A DNA stretch of 64,000 nucleotides from Mobula hypostoma (lineage: Eukaryota). Made by a program: the position numbers and the translations under genes. The stretch is taken from NCBI RefSeq assembly GCF_963921235.1, contig NC_086108.1, positions 31,064,001-31,128,000 of the forward strand, read 5' to 3'. The notes beneath the pieces are model-generated. The model had not been told where the DNA came from. It did no database searches and saw only the letters and a list, made by a program, of their open reading frames with translations. The first letter of the stretch is position 1, and each line of letters starts with the position of its first letter. Shown piece after piece: positions 15,001 to 27,500 of the stretch.

Positions 15001-18000
15001 CTGGTCTCATATATCACCTCCCAGTTTCTCACGTTATCCCCCATCCCCCTCACCTGGTCTCATATATCACCTCCCAGTTTCTCACCTTATCTCCCATCCC
15101 CCTCACCTGGTCTCATATATCACCTCCCATTTCCTCACGTTATCCCCCATCCCCCTCACCTGGTCTCATGTATGACCTCCCAGTTTCTCACCTTATCCCC
15201 CATCCCCCTCACCTGGTCTCATATATCACCTCCCGGTTTCTCAACTTATCCCCCATCCCCCTCACCTGGTCTCATAGATCACATCCCAGTTTCTCACGTT
15301 ATCCCACCTCCCCCTCACCTGGTCTCATATATCACCTCCCCGTTTCTCACGTTATTCCCCATCCCCCTCACCTGGTCTCATATATCACCTCCCAGTTTCT
15401 CACGTTATCCCCCATCCCCCTCACGCGGTCTCACATATCACCTCCCAGTTTCTCACCTTACCCCCCATCCCCTTCACCTGGTCTCATATATCACTTCACA
15501 GCTTCACACCTTATCCCCCATCCCCCTCACCCGGTCTCATATATCACCTCCTAGTTTCTCACCTTATCCACCATCCCCCTCACCTCGTCTCATATATCAC
15601 CTCCCAGTTTCTCAGGTTATCCCCCGTCCCCCTCACCTGGTCTCATATATCACCTCCCAGTTTCTCACCTTATCCCCCATCCCCCTCACCTCGTCTCATA
15701 TATCACCTCCCAGTTTCTCACGTTAACCCCCATCCCCCTCACCTGGTCTCATATATCACCTCCCAGTTTCTCACCTTATCCCCCATCCCCCTCACCCGGT
15801 CTCATATATCACCTCCCACTTTCTAACGTTATCCTCCATCCCGCTCACCTGGTCTCATATATCACCTCCCAGTTTCTCACATTATCCCCCATCCCCCTCA
15901 CAAGGTCTCATATATCACCTCCCAGTTTCTCACCATATCAACCATCCCGCTCACCTGGTCTCATATATCAACTCCCGGTTTCTTACCTTTTCCCCCATCC
16001 CCCTCACCTGCTCTCATATATCACCTCCCGGTTTCTCACGTTATCCCCCATCTCCCTCACCTCGTCTCATATATCACTTCACAGTTTCTCACCTTATCCC
16101 CCATCCCCCTCACCCGGTCTCATATATCACCTCCCAGTTTCTCACCTTATCCCCCATCCCCCTCACCTCATCTCATATACCACTTCACAGTTGCTCACCT
16201 TATCCCTCATCCCCCTAACCCGGTCTAAAATATCACCTGCCAGTTTCTCACATTATCCCCCGTCCCCCTCACCTGGTCTCATATATCACCTCCCAGTTTC
16301 TCACTTTATCCCCCATCCCCCTCACCTGGTCTCATAGATCACCTCCCAGTTTCTCACGTTATCCCCCATCCCCCTCACCTGGTCTCATATATCACCTCCC
16401 AGTTTCTCATGTTATCCCCCATCCACCTCACCTGGTCTCATATATCACCTCCCCGTTTCACACGTTATTCCCCATCCCCCTCACCTGCTCTCATAGAGTA
16501 CCTCCCAGTTTCTCACGTTATCCCCCATCCCCCTCACGCGGTCTCACATATCACCTCCCAGTTTCTCACCTTACCCCCATCCCCTTCACCTGTTCTCATA
16601 TATCACTTCACAGCTTCACACCTTATCCCCCATCCCCCTCACCCGGTCTCATATATCACCTCCTAGTTTCTCACCTTATCCACCATCCCCCTCACCTCGT
16701 CTCATATATCACTTCACAGTTTCTCACCTTATCCCCCATCCCCCTCACCCGGTCTCATATATCACCTCCCAGTTTCTCAGGTTATCCCTCGTCCCCCTCA
16801 CCTGGTCTCATATATCACCTCCCAGTTTCACACCTTATCCCCCATCCCCCTCACCTCGTCTCATATATCACTTCACAGTTTCTCACCTTATCCCCCATCC
16901 CCCTCACCCGGTCTCATATATCACCTCCCAGTTTCTCACCTTATCCCCCATCCCCCTCACCTCATCTCATATATCACCTCCCAGTTTCTCACGTTATCCC
17001 CCATCCCCCTCACCTGGTCTCATATATCACCTCCCAGTTTCTCACCTTATCCCCCATCCCCCTCACCCTGTCTCATATATCACCTCCCAGTTTCTCACGT
17101 TATCCCCCATCCCCCTCACCTGGTCTCATATATCACCTCCCAGTTTCTCACATTATCCCCCATCCCCCTCACAAGGTCTCATATATCACCTCCCAGTTTC
17201 TCACCTTATCCCCCATCCCCCTCACCTGGTCTCATATATCAACTATCGGTTTCTTACCTTTTCCCCCATCCCCCTCACCTGCTCTCATATATCACCTCCC
17301 AGTTTCTCACGTTATCCCCCATCTCCCTCACCTCGTCTCATATATCACTTCACAGTTTCTCACCTTATCCCCCATCCCCCTCACCCGGTCTCATATATCA
17401 CCTCCCAGTTTCTCACCTTATCCCCCATCCCCCTCACCTCATCTCATATACCACTTCACAGTTGCTCACCTTATCCCTCATCCCCCTAACCCGGTCTAAA
17501 ATATCACCTGCCAGTTTCTCACGTTATCCCCCGTCCCCCTCACCTGGTCTCATATATCACCTCCCAGTTTCTCACCTTATCTCCCATCCCCCTCACCTGG
17601 TCTCATATATCACCTCCCGGTTTCTCACGTCATCCCCTATCGCCCTCACCTGGTCTCATATATCACCTCCAAGTTTCTCACCTTATCACCCATCCCCCTC
17701 ACCTGGTCTCATATATCACCTCCCATTTCCTCACGTTATCCCCCATCCCCCTCACCTGGTCTCATGTATGACCTCCCAGTTTCTCACCTTATCCCCCATC
17801 CCCCTCACCTGGTCTCATATATCACCTCCCGGTTTCTCACCTTATCCCCCATCCCCCTCACCTGGTCTCATAGATCACATCCCAGTTTCTCACGTTATCC
17901 CACCTCCCCCTCACCTGGTCTCATATATCACCTCCCCGTTTCTCACGTTATTCCCCATCCCCCTCACCTGGTCTCATAGAGCACCTCCCAGTTTCTCACG

Positions 18001-21000
18001 TTATCCCCCATCCCCCTCACGCGGTCTCACATATCACCTCCGAGTTTCACACGTTATCTCCCATGCCCCTCACCTGGTCTCATATATCACTTCACAGCTT
18101 CACACCTTATCCCCCATCCCCCTCACCCGGTCTCATATATCACCTCCTAGTTTCTCACCTTATCCACCATCCCCCTCACCTCGTCTCATATATCACTTCA
18201 CAGTTTCTCACCTTATCCCCCATCCCCCTAACCCGGTCTCATATATCACCTCCCAGTTTCTCAGGTTATCCCTCGTCCCCCTCACCTGGTCTCATATATC
18301 ACCTCCCAGTTTCACACCGTATTCCCCAGCCCCCTCACCTCGTCTCATATATCACTTCACAGTTTCTCACCTTATCCCCCATCCCCCTCACCCGGTCTCA
18401 TATATCACCTCCCAGTTTCTCACCTTATCCCCCATCCCCCTCACCTCATCTCATATATCACCTCCCAGTTTCTCACGTTAACCCCCATCCCCCTCACCTG
18501 GTCTCATATATCACCTCCCAGTTTCTCACCTTATCCCCCATCCCCCTCACCCTGTCTCATATATCACCTCCCACTTTCTAACGTTATCCTCCATCCCGCT
18601 CACCTGGTCTCATATATCACCTCCCAGTTTCTCACATTATCCCCCATCCCCCTCACAAGGTCTCATATATCACCTCCCAGTTTCTCACCATATCCCCCAT
18701 CCCGCTCACCTGGTCTCATATATCAACTATCGGTTTCTTACCTTTTCCCCCATCCCCCTCACCTGCTCTCATATATCACCTCCCGGTTTCTCACGTTATC
18801 CCCCATCTCCCTCACATCGTCTCATATATCACTTCACAGTTTCTCACCTTATCCCCCATCCCCCTCACCTGGTCTCATATATCACCTCCCGGTTTTTCAC
18901 GTCATCCCCTATCGCCCTCACCTGGTCTCATATATCACCTCCAAGTTTCTCACCTTATCACACATCCCCCTCACCTGGTCTCATATATCACCTCCCATTT
19001 CCTCACGTTATCCCCCATCCCCCTCACCTGGTCTCATGTATGACCTCCCAGTTTCTCACCTTATCCCCCATCCCCCTCACCTGGTCTCATATATCACCTC
19101 CCGGTTTCTCACCTTATCCCCCATCCCCCTCACCTGGTCTCATAGATCACATCCCAGTTTCTCACGTTATCCCACCTCCCCCTCACCTGGTCTCATATAT
19201 CACCTCCCCGTTTCTCACTTATTCCCCATCCCCCTCACCTGGTCTCATAGAGCACCTCCCAGTTTCTCACGTTATCCCACATCCCCCTCACATGGTCTCA
19301 TATATCACCTCCCAGTTTCTCACCTTATCCCCCATCCCCCTCACCTCATCTCATATACCACTTCACAGTTGCTCACCTTATCCCTCAACCCCCTAACCCG
19401 GTCTAAAATATCACCTGCCAGTTTCTCACGTTATCCCCCGTCCCCCTCACCTGGTCTCATATATCACCTCCCAGTTTCTCACTTTATACCCCATCCCCCT
19501 CATCTGGTCTCATAGATCACCTCCCAGTTTCTCACGTTATCCCCTATCCCCCTCAAGCGGTCTCAAATGTCACCTCCCAGTTTCTCATCTTACCCACATC
19601 CCCTTCACCTGGTCTCATATATCACTTCACAGTTTCACACCTTATCCCACATCCCCCTCACCCAGTCTCATATATCACCTCCCAGTTTCTCACGTTATCC
19701 CCCCTCCCCCTCACCTGATCTCATATATCACCTCCCAGTTTCTAACCTTATCCCCCATCCCCCGCACCTTGTCTCATATATCATCTCCCAGTTTCTCACC
19801 TTATCGCCCATCCCGCTCACCTGGTCTCATATATCAACTCCCAGTTTCTCACCTTATCCCCCTTCCCCCTCACGAGCTCTCAAATATCAACTCCCGGTTT
19901 CTCACCTTATCCCCCATCCCCCTCACCTGGTCTCATATATCACCTCCCGGTTTTTCACGTCATCCCCTATCGCCCTCACCTGGTCTCATATATCACCTCC
20001 CATTTCCTCACGTTATCCCCCATCCCCCTCACCTGGTCTCATGTATGACCTCCCAGTTTCTCACCTTATCCCCCATCCCCCTCACCTGGTCTCATATATC
20101 ACCTCCCGGTTTCTCACCTTATCCCCCATCCCCCTCACCTGGTCTCATAGATCACATCCCAGTTTCTCACGTTATCCCACCTCCCCCTCACCTGGTCTCA
20201 TATATCACCTCCCCGTTTCTCACGTTATTCCCCATCCCCCTCACCTGGTCTCATAGAGCACCTCCCAGTTTCTCACGTTATCCCCCATCCCCCTCACTCG
20301 GTCTCACATATCACCTCCCAGTTTCTCACCTTACCCCCATCCCCTTCACCTGGTCTCATATATCACTTCACAGCTTCACACCTTATCCCCGATCCCCCTC
20401 ACCCGGTCTCATATATCACCTCCCAGTTTCTCACCTTATCCACCATCCCCCTCACCTCGTCTCATATATCACTTCACAGTTTCTCACCTTATCCCCCATC
20501 CCCCTAACCCGGTCTCATATATCACCACCCAGTTTCTCAGGTTATCCCTCGTCCCCCTCACCTGGTCTCATATATCACCTCCCAGTTTCACACCGTATCC
20601 CCCAGCCCCCTCACCTCGTCTCATATATCACCTCCCAGTTTCTCACCTTATCCCCCATCCCCCTCACCTGGTCTCATAGATCACATCCCAGTTTCTCACG
20701 TTATCCCACCTCCCCCTCACCTGGTCTCATATATCACCTCCCCGTTTCTCACGTTATTCCCCATCCCCCTCACCTGGTCTCATAGAGCACCTCCCAGTTT
20801 CTCACGTTATCCCCCGTCCCCCTCACCTGATCTCATATATCACCTCCCAGTTTCTAACCTTATCCCCCATCCCCCGCACCTGGTCTCATATATCATCTCT
20901 CAGTTTCTCACCTTATCGCCCATCCTGCTCACCTGGTCTCATATATCAACTCCCAGTTTCTCACCTTATCCCCCTTCCCCCTCACGAGCTCTGAAATATC

Positions 21001-23520
21001 AACTCCCAGTTTCTCACCTTATCCCCCATCCCCCTCACCTGGTCTCATATATCACCTCCCGGTTTCTCACGTCATACCCTATCGTCCTCACCTGGTCTCA
21101 TATATCACCTCCCAGTTGCTCACCTTATCCCTCATCCCCCTAACCCGGTCTAAAATATCACCTGCCAGTTTCTCACGTTATCCCCCGTCCCCCTCATCTG
21201 GTCTCATAGATCACCTCCCAGTTTCTCATCTTATCCCCCATCCCCCTCACCTCATCTCATATCTCACCTCCCAGTTTCTCACTTTAACCCCCATCCCCCT
21301 CACCTGGTCTCATATATCACCTCCCGGTTTCTCACGTCATCCCCTATCGCCCTCACCTGGTCTCATATATCACCTCCAAGTTTCTCACCTTATCACCCAT
21401 CCCCCTCACCTGGTCTCATATATCACCTCCCATTTCCTCACGTTATCCCACATCCCCCTCACCTGGTCTCATGTATGACCTCCCAGTTTCTCAACTTATC
21501 CCCCATCCCCCTCACCTGGTCTCATATATCACCTCCCGGTTTCTCACCATATCCCCCATCCCCCTCACCTGGTCTCATAGATCACATCCCAGTTTCTCAC
21601 GTTATCCCCCCTCCCCCTCACCAGGTCTCATATATCACCTCCACGTTTCTCACGTTATTCCCCATCCCCCTCACCTGGTCTCATATATCACCTCCCAGTT
21701 TCTCACGTTATCCCCCATCCCCCTCACGCGGTCTCACATATCACCTCCGAGTTTCACACGTTATCTCCCATGCCCCTCACCTGGTCTCATATATCACTTC
21801 ACAGCTTCACACCTTATCCCCCATCCCCCTCACCCGGTCTCATATATCACCTCCTAGTTTCTCACCTTATCCACCATCCCCCTCACCTCGTCTCATATAT
21901 CACTTCACAGTTTCTCACGTTATCCCCCATCCCCCTCACCCGGTCTCATATATCACCTCCCAGTTTCTCATCTTATCCCCCATCCCCCTCACCTCATCTC
22001 ATATATCACCTCCCAGTTTCTCACGTTAACCCCCATCCCCCTCACCTGGTCTCATATATCACCTCCCAGTTTCTCACCTTATCCCCCATCCCCCTCACAC
22101 GGTCTCATATATCACCTCCCAGTTTCTAACGTTATCCTCCATCCCCCTCACCTGGTCTCATATATCACCTCCCAGTTTCTCAAGTTATCCCCCATCCCCC
22201 TCACAAGGTCTCATATATCACCTCCCAGTTTCTCACCATATCCCCCATCCCCCTCACCTGGTCTCATATATCAACTCCCAGTTTCTTACCTTTTCCCCCA
22301 TCCCCCTCACCTGCTCTCATATATCACCTCCCGGTTTCTCACGTTATCCCCCATCTCCCTCACCTCGTCTCATATATCACTTCACAGTTTCTCACCTTAT
22401 CCCCCATCCCCCTCACCCGGTCTCATATATCACCTCCCAGATTCTCACCTTATCGCCCATCCCCCTCACCTCATCTCATATACCACTTCACAGTTGCTCA
22501 CCTTATCCCTCATCCCCCTAACCCGGTCTAAAATATCACCTGCCAGTTTCTCACGTTATCCCCCGTCCCCCTCATCTGGTCTCATACATCACCTCCCATT
22601 TTCTCACGTTATCCTAGATCCCCCTCAAGCGGTCTCAAATGTCACCTCCCAGTTTCTCATCTTACCCACATCCCCTTCACCTGGTCTCATATATCACTTC
22701 ACAGTTTCACACCTTATCCCCCATCCCCCTCACCCAGTCTCATATATCACCTCCCAGTTTCTCACTTAATCCCCCATCCCCCTCACCTCGTCTCATATAT
22801 CACCTCACAGTTTCTCACATTATCCCCCATCCCGCTAACCCGGTCTCATATATCACCTCCCAGTTTCTCACATTATCCACCGTCCCCCTCACGTGGTCTC
22901 ATATATCACCTCCCAGTTTCTCACCTTATCCCCCATCCCCGTCACCTGTTCTCATATATCACCTCCCAGATTCTCACGTTATCCCCCGTCCCCCTCACCT
23001 GATCTCATATATCACCTCCCAGATTCTAACCTTATCCCCCATCCCCCGCACCTGGTCTCATATATCATCTCCCAGTTTCTCACCTTATCGCCCATCCCGC
23101 TCACCTGGTCTCATATATCAACTCCCAGTTTCTCACCTTATCCCCCTTCCCCCTCACGAGCTCTCAAATATCAACTCCCGGTTTCTCACCTTATCCCCCT
23201 TCCCCCTCACGAGCTCTCAAATATCAACTCCCGGTTTCTTACCTTATCCCCCATCCCCCTTACCTGCTCTCATATGTCACCTCCCGGTTTCTCACGTTAT
23301 CCCCCATCCCCCTCACCTCGTCTCATATATCACTTCACAGTTTCTCACATTATCCCCCATCCCCCTCACCTGGTCTCATATATCACCTCCCAGTTTAACA
23401 CCTTATCCCCCATCCCCCTCACCTCATCTCATATACCACTTCACAGTTTCTCACCTTATCCCTCATCCCCCTAACCCGGTCTAAAATATCACCTCCCAGT
23501 TTCTCACATTATCCCCCGTC
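1..23520 (+). repeat. Satellite sub-array A (variant domain with irregular higher-order cassettes)
   Basis: Recurrent diagnostic variants: CACGAGCTCT (GAGCTC at 1868, 7322, 8380, 10022, 11875, 12828, 19874, 20986, 23158, 23211), ATGTATGACC (5635, 7541, 8600, 15168, 17764, 19036, 20041, 21471), CTAACCCGGTCTAAAATATC, CTCAAGCGGTCTCAAAT, CATAGAGCACC and CACAGCTTCACACC. I did not see these exact strings downstream of ~23.5 kb. Confidence 0.85.
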
Positions 23521-24590
23521 CCCCTCACCTGGTCTCATAGATCACCTCCCAGTTTCTCACGTTATCCCCCATCCCCCTCACCTGGTCTCATATATCACCT
23601 CCCAGTTTCTCACCTTATCCCCCATCCCCCTCACCTGGTCTCATATATCACCTCCCAGTTTCTCACCTTATCCCCCATCCCCCTCACCCGGTCTCATATA
23701 TCACCTCCCAGTTTCTCACCTTATCCCCCATCCCCCTCACCTCGTCTCATATATCACCTCCCAGTTTCTCACGTTATCCCCCATCCCCCTCACCTGGTCT
23801 CATATATCACCTCCCAGTTTCTCACCTTATCCCCAATCCCCCTCACCTGGTCTCATATATCACCTCCCAGTTTCTCACCTTATCCCCCATCCCCCTCACC
23901 TGGTCTCATATATCACCTCCCAGTTTCTCACGTTATCCCCCATCCCCCTCACCTGGTCTCATATATCACCTCCCAGTTTCTCACCTTATCCCCCATCCCC
24001 CTCACCTGGTCTCATATATCACCTCCCAGTTTCTCACGTTATCCCCCATCCCCCTCACCTGGTCTCATATATCACCTCCCAGTTTCTCACGTTATCCCCC
24101 ATCCCCCTCACCTGGTCTCATATATCACCTCCCCGTTTCTCACGTTATCCCCCATCCCCCTCACCTGGTCTCATAGATACCTCCCAGTTTCTCACGTTAT
24201 CCCCCATCCCCCTCACCTGGTCTCATATATCACCTCCCAGTTTCTCACGTTATCCCCCATCCCCCTCACCTGGTCTCATATATCACCTCCCAGTTTCTCA
24301 CGTTATCCCCCATCCCCCTCACCTGGTCTCATATATCACCTCCCAGTTTCTCACCTTATCCCCCATCCCCCTCACCTGGTCTCATATATCACCTCCCAGT
24401 TTCTCACGTTATCCCCCATCCCCCTCACCTGGTCTCATATATCACCTCCCAGTTTCTCACCTTATCCCCCATCCCCCTCACCCGGTCTCATATATCACCT
24501 CCCAGTTTCTCACCTTATCCCCCATCCCCCTCACCTCGTCTCATATATCACTTCCCAGTTTCTCACGTTATCCCCCATCCCCCTCACCTG
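23521..24590 (+). repeat. Near-consensus tract of ~20 monomers at the A/B junction
   Basis: Monomers here differ mostly at the C/G dimorphic site (CACCTT/CACGTT), with a few isolated changes. The A and B diagnostic variants are absent. Confidence 0.8.
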
Positions 24591-27500
24591 GTCTCATATA
24601 TCACATCCCAATTTCTCACCTTATTCCCACATCTCCCTCACCTGGTGTCATATATCACCACCCAGTTTCTCACGTTATCCCCCATCCCCCTCACCTGGTC
24701 TCATATATCACCTCCCAGTTTCTCACCTTATCCCCCATCCCCCTCACCTGGTCTCATATATCACCTCCCAGTTTCTCACGTTATCCCCCATCCCCCTCAC
24801 CTCATCTCATATATCACCTCCCAGTTTCTCACGTTATCCCCCATCCCCCTCACCTCATCTCATATATCACCTCCCAGTTTCTCACGTTATCCCCCATCCC
24901 CCTCACCTGGTCTCATATATCACCTCCCAGTTTCTCACGTTATCCCCCATCCCCCTCACCTGGTCTCATATATCACCTCCCAGTTTCTCACGTTATCCCC
25001 CATCCCCCTCACCTGGTCTTATATATCACCTCCCCGTTCCTCACGTTATCCCCCATCTCCCTCACCTGGTCTCATAGATCACCTCCCAGTTTCTAACCTT
25101 ATCCCACATCCTCCTCGCCCGGACTCATATATCACCTCCCAGTTTCTCACCTTGCCCCCATCCCCTTCACCTCGTCTCATATATCACTTCTCACTTTCTC
25201 ACGTTATCTCCCAACCCCCTTACCTGGTCTGATATATCACATCCCAATTTCTCACCTTATTCCCCCATCTCCCTCACCTGGTCTCATATATCACCTCCCA
25301 GTTTCTCACGTTATCCCCCATCCCCCTCACCTGGTCTCATATATCACCTCCCAGTTTCTCACCTTATCCCCCATCCCCCTCACCTGGTCTCATATATCAC
25401 CTCCCAGTTTCTCACCTTATCCCCCATCCCCCTCACCTGGTCTCATATATCACCTCCCAGTTTCTCACGTTATCCCCCATCCCCCTCACCTGGTCTGATA
25501 TATCACTTCCTTGTTTCTCACGTTATCCACCAACCCCCTCACCTCATCTCATATATCACCTCCCAGTTTCTCACTTTATCCCCCATCCCCCTCACCCGGT
25601 CTCATATATCACCTCCCAGTTTCTCAACTTTCCCCCATCCCCTTCACCTCGTCTCATATATCACTTCCCACTTTCTCACGTTATCCCCCAACCCCCTTAC
25701 CTGGTCTCATATATCACATCCCAATTTCTCACCTTATTCCCACATCTCCCTCACCTGGTCTCATATATCACCTCCCAGTTTCTCACGTTATCCCCCATCC
25801 CCCTCACCTGGTCTCATATATCACCTCCCAGTTTCTCACCTTATCCCCCATCCCCCTCACCTGGTCTCATATATCACCTCCCACTTTCTCACCTTATCCC
25901 CCATCCCCCTCACCTGGTCTCATATATCACCTCCCGGTTTCTCACCTTATCCCCCATCCCCCTCACCTGGTCTCATATATCACCTCCCAGTTCCTCAAGT
26001 TATCCCCCATCCCCCTCACCTGGTCTCATATATCACCTCCCAGTTTCTCACGTTATCGCCCATCCCCCTCACCTCATCTCATATATCACCTCCCAGTTTC
26101 TCACGTTATCCCCCATCCCCCTCACCTGGTCTCATAGATCACCTCCCAGTTTCTCACGTTATCCCCCATCCCCCTCACCTGGTCTCATATATCACCTCCC
26201 AGTTTCTCACCTTATCCCCCATCCCCCTCACCTGGTCTCATATATCACCTCCCAGTTTCTCACCTTATCCCCCATCCCCCTCACCCGGTCTCATATATCA
26301 CCTCCCAGTTTCTCACCTTATCCCCCATCCCCCTCACCTGGTCTCATATATCACCTCCCAGTTTCTCACGTTATCCCCCATCCCCCTCACCTGGTCTCAT
26401 ATATCACCTCCCAGTTTCTCACCTTATCCCCCATCCCCCTCACCTGGTCTCATATATCACCTCCCAGTTTCTCACCTTTCCCCCATCCCCTTCACCTCGT
26501 CTCATATATCACTTCCCACTTTCTCACGTTATCCCCCAACCCCCTCACCTGGTCTCATATATCACATCCCAATTTCTCACCTTATTCCCACATCTCCCTC
26601 ACCTGGTCTCATATATCACCTCCCAGTTTCTCACGTTATCCCCCATCCCCCTCACCTGGTCTCATATATCACCTCCCAGTTTCTCACCTTATCCCCCATC
26701 CCCCTCACCTGGTCTCATATATCACCTCCCAGTTTCTCACCTTATCCCCCATCCCCCTCACATGGTCTCATATATCACCTCCCAGTTTCTCACGTTATCC
26801 CCCATCCCCCTCACCTCGTCTCATATATCACCTCCCAGTTTCTCACGTTATCCCCCATCCCCCTCACCTCATCTCATATATCACCTCCCAGTTTCTCACG
26901 TTATCCCCCATCCCCCTCACCTGGTCTCATATATCACCTCCCAGTTTCTCACGTTATCCCCCATCCCCCTCACCTGGTCTCATATATCACTTCCCAGTTT
27001 CTCACGTTATCCCCCATCCCCCTCACCTGGTCTTATATGTCACCTCCCCGTTCCTCACGTTATCCCCCATCTCCCTCACAGGGTCTCATAGATCACCTCC
27101 CAGTTTCTCACCTTATCCCCCATCCCCCTCACATGGTCTCATATATCACCACCCAGTTCCTCACGTTATCCCCCATCCCCCTCACCTGGTCTGATATATC
27201 ACTTCCTTGTTTCTCACGTTATCCACCAACCCCCTCACCTCATCTCATATATCACCTCCCAGTTTCTCACTTTATCCCCCATCCCCCTCACCTGGTCTCA
27301 TAGATCACCACCCAGTTTCTCACCCTGTCCCCCATGCCCCTCGCCCGGTCTCATATATCACCTCCCATTTTCTCACCTTTCCCCCATACCCTTCACCTCG
27401 TCTCATATATTGCTTCCAACTTTCTCACGTTATCCCCCAACCCCCTCACCTGGTCTCATAAATCACTTCCCAATTTCTCACCTTATTCCCCCAACCCCCT

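Noticed and set aside
23955..23960. GGTCTC (BsaI site) in most monomers, suggesting a synthetic concatemer
   Set aside because: Hierarchical, domain-specific divergence indicates natural evolution. The site is only useful for releasing a 53-bp ladder.
23941..23993. E-box (CACCTG), GATA (TTATC) and TATA-like (CATATATC) motifs as regulatory elements
   Set aside because: These are short motifs expected by chance in a monomer and multiplied by repetition. There is no gene context or binding evidence.
23521..24590. C/G dimorphism (CACCTT/CACGTT) as a regular dimer/trimer higher-order repeat or an encoded pattern
   Set aside because: The order of the two alleles is irregular by eye, with no stable period.
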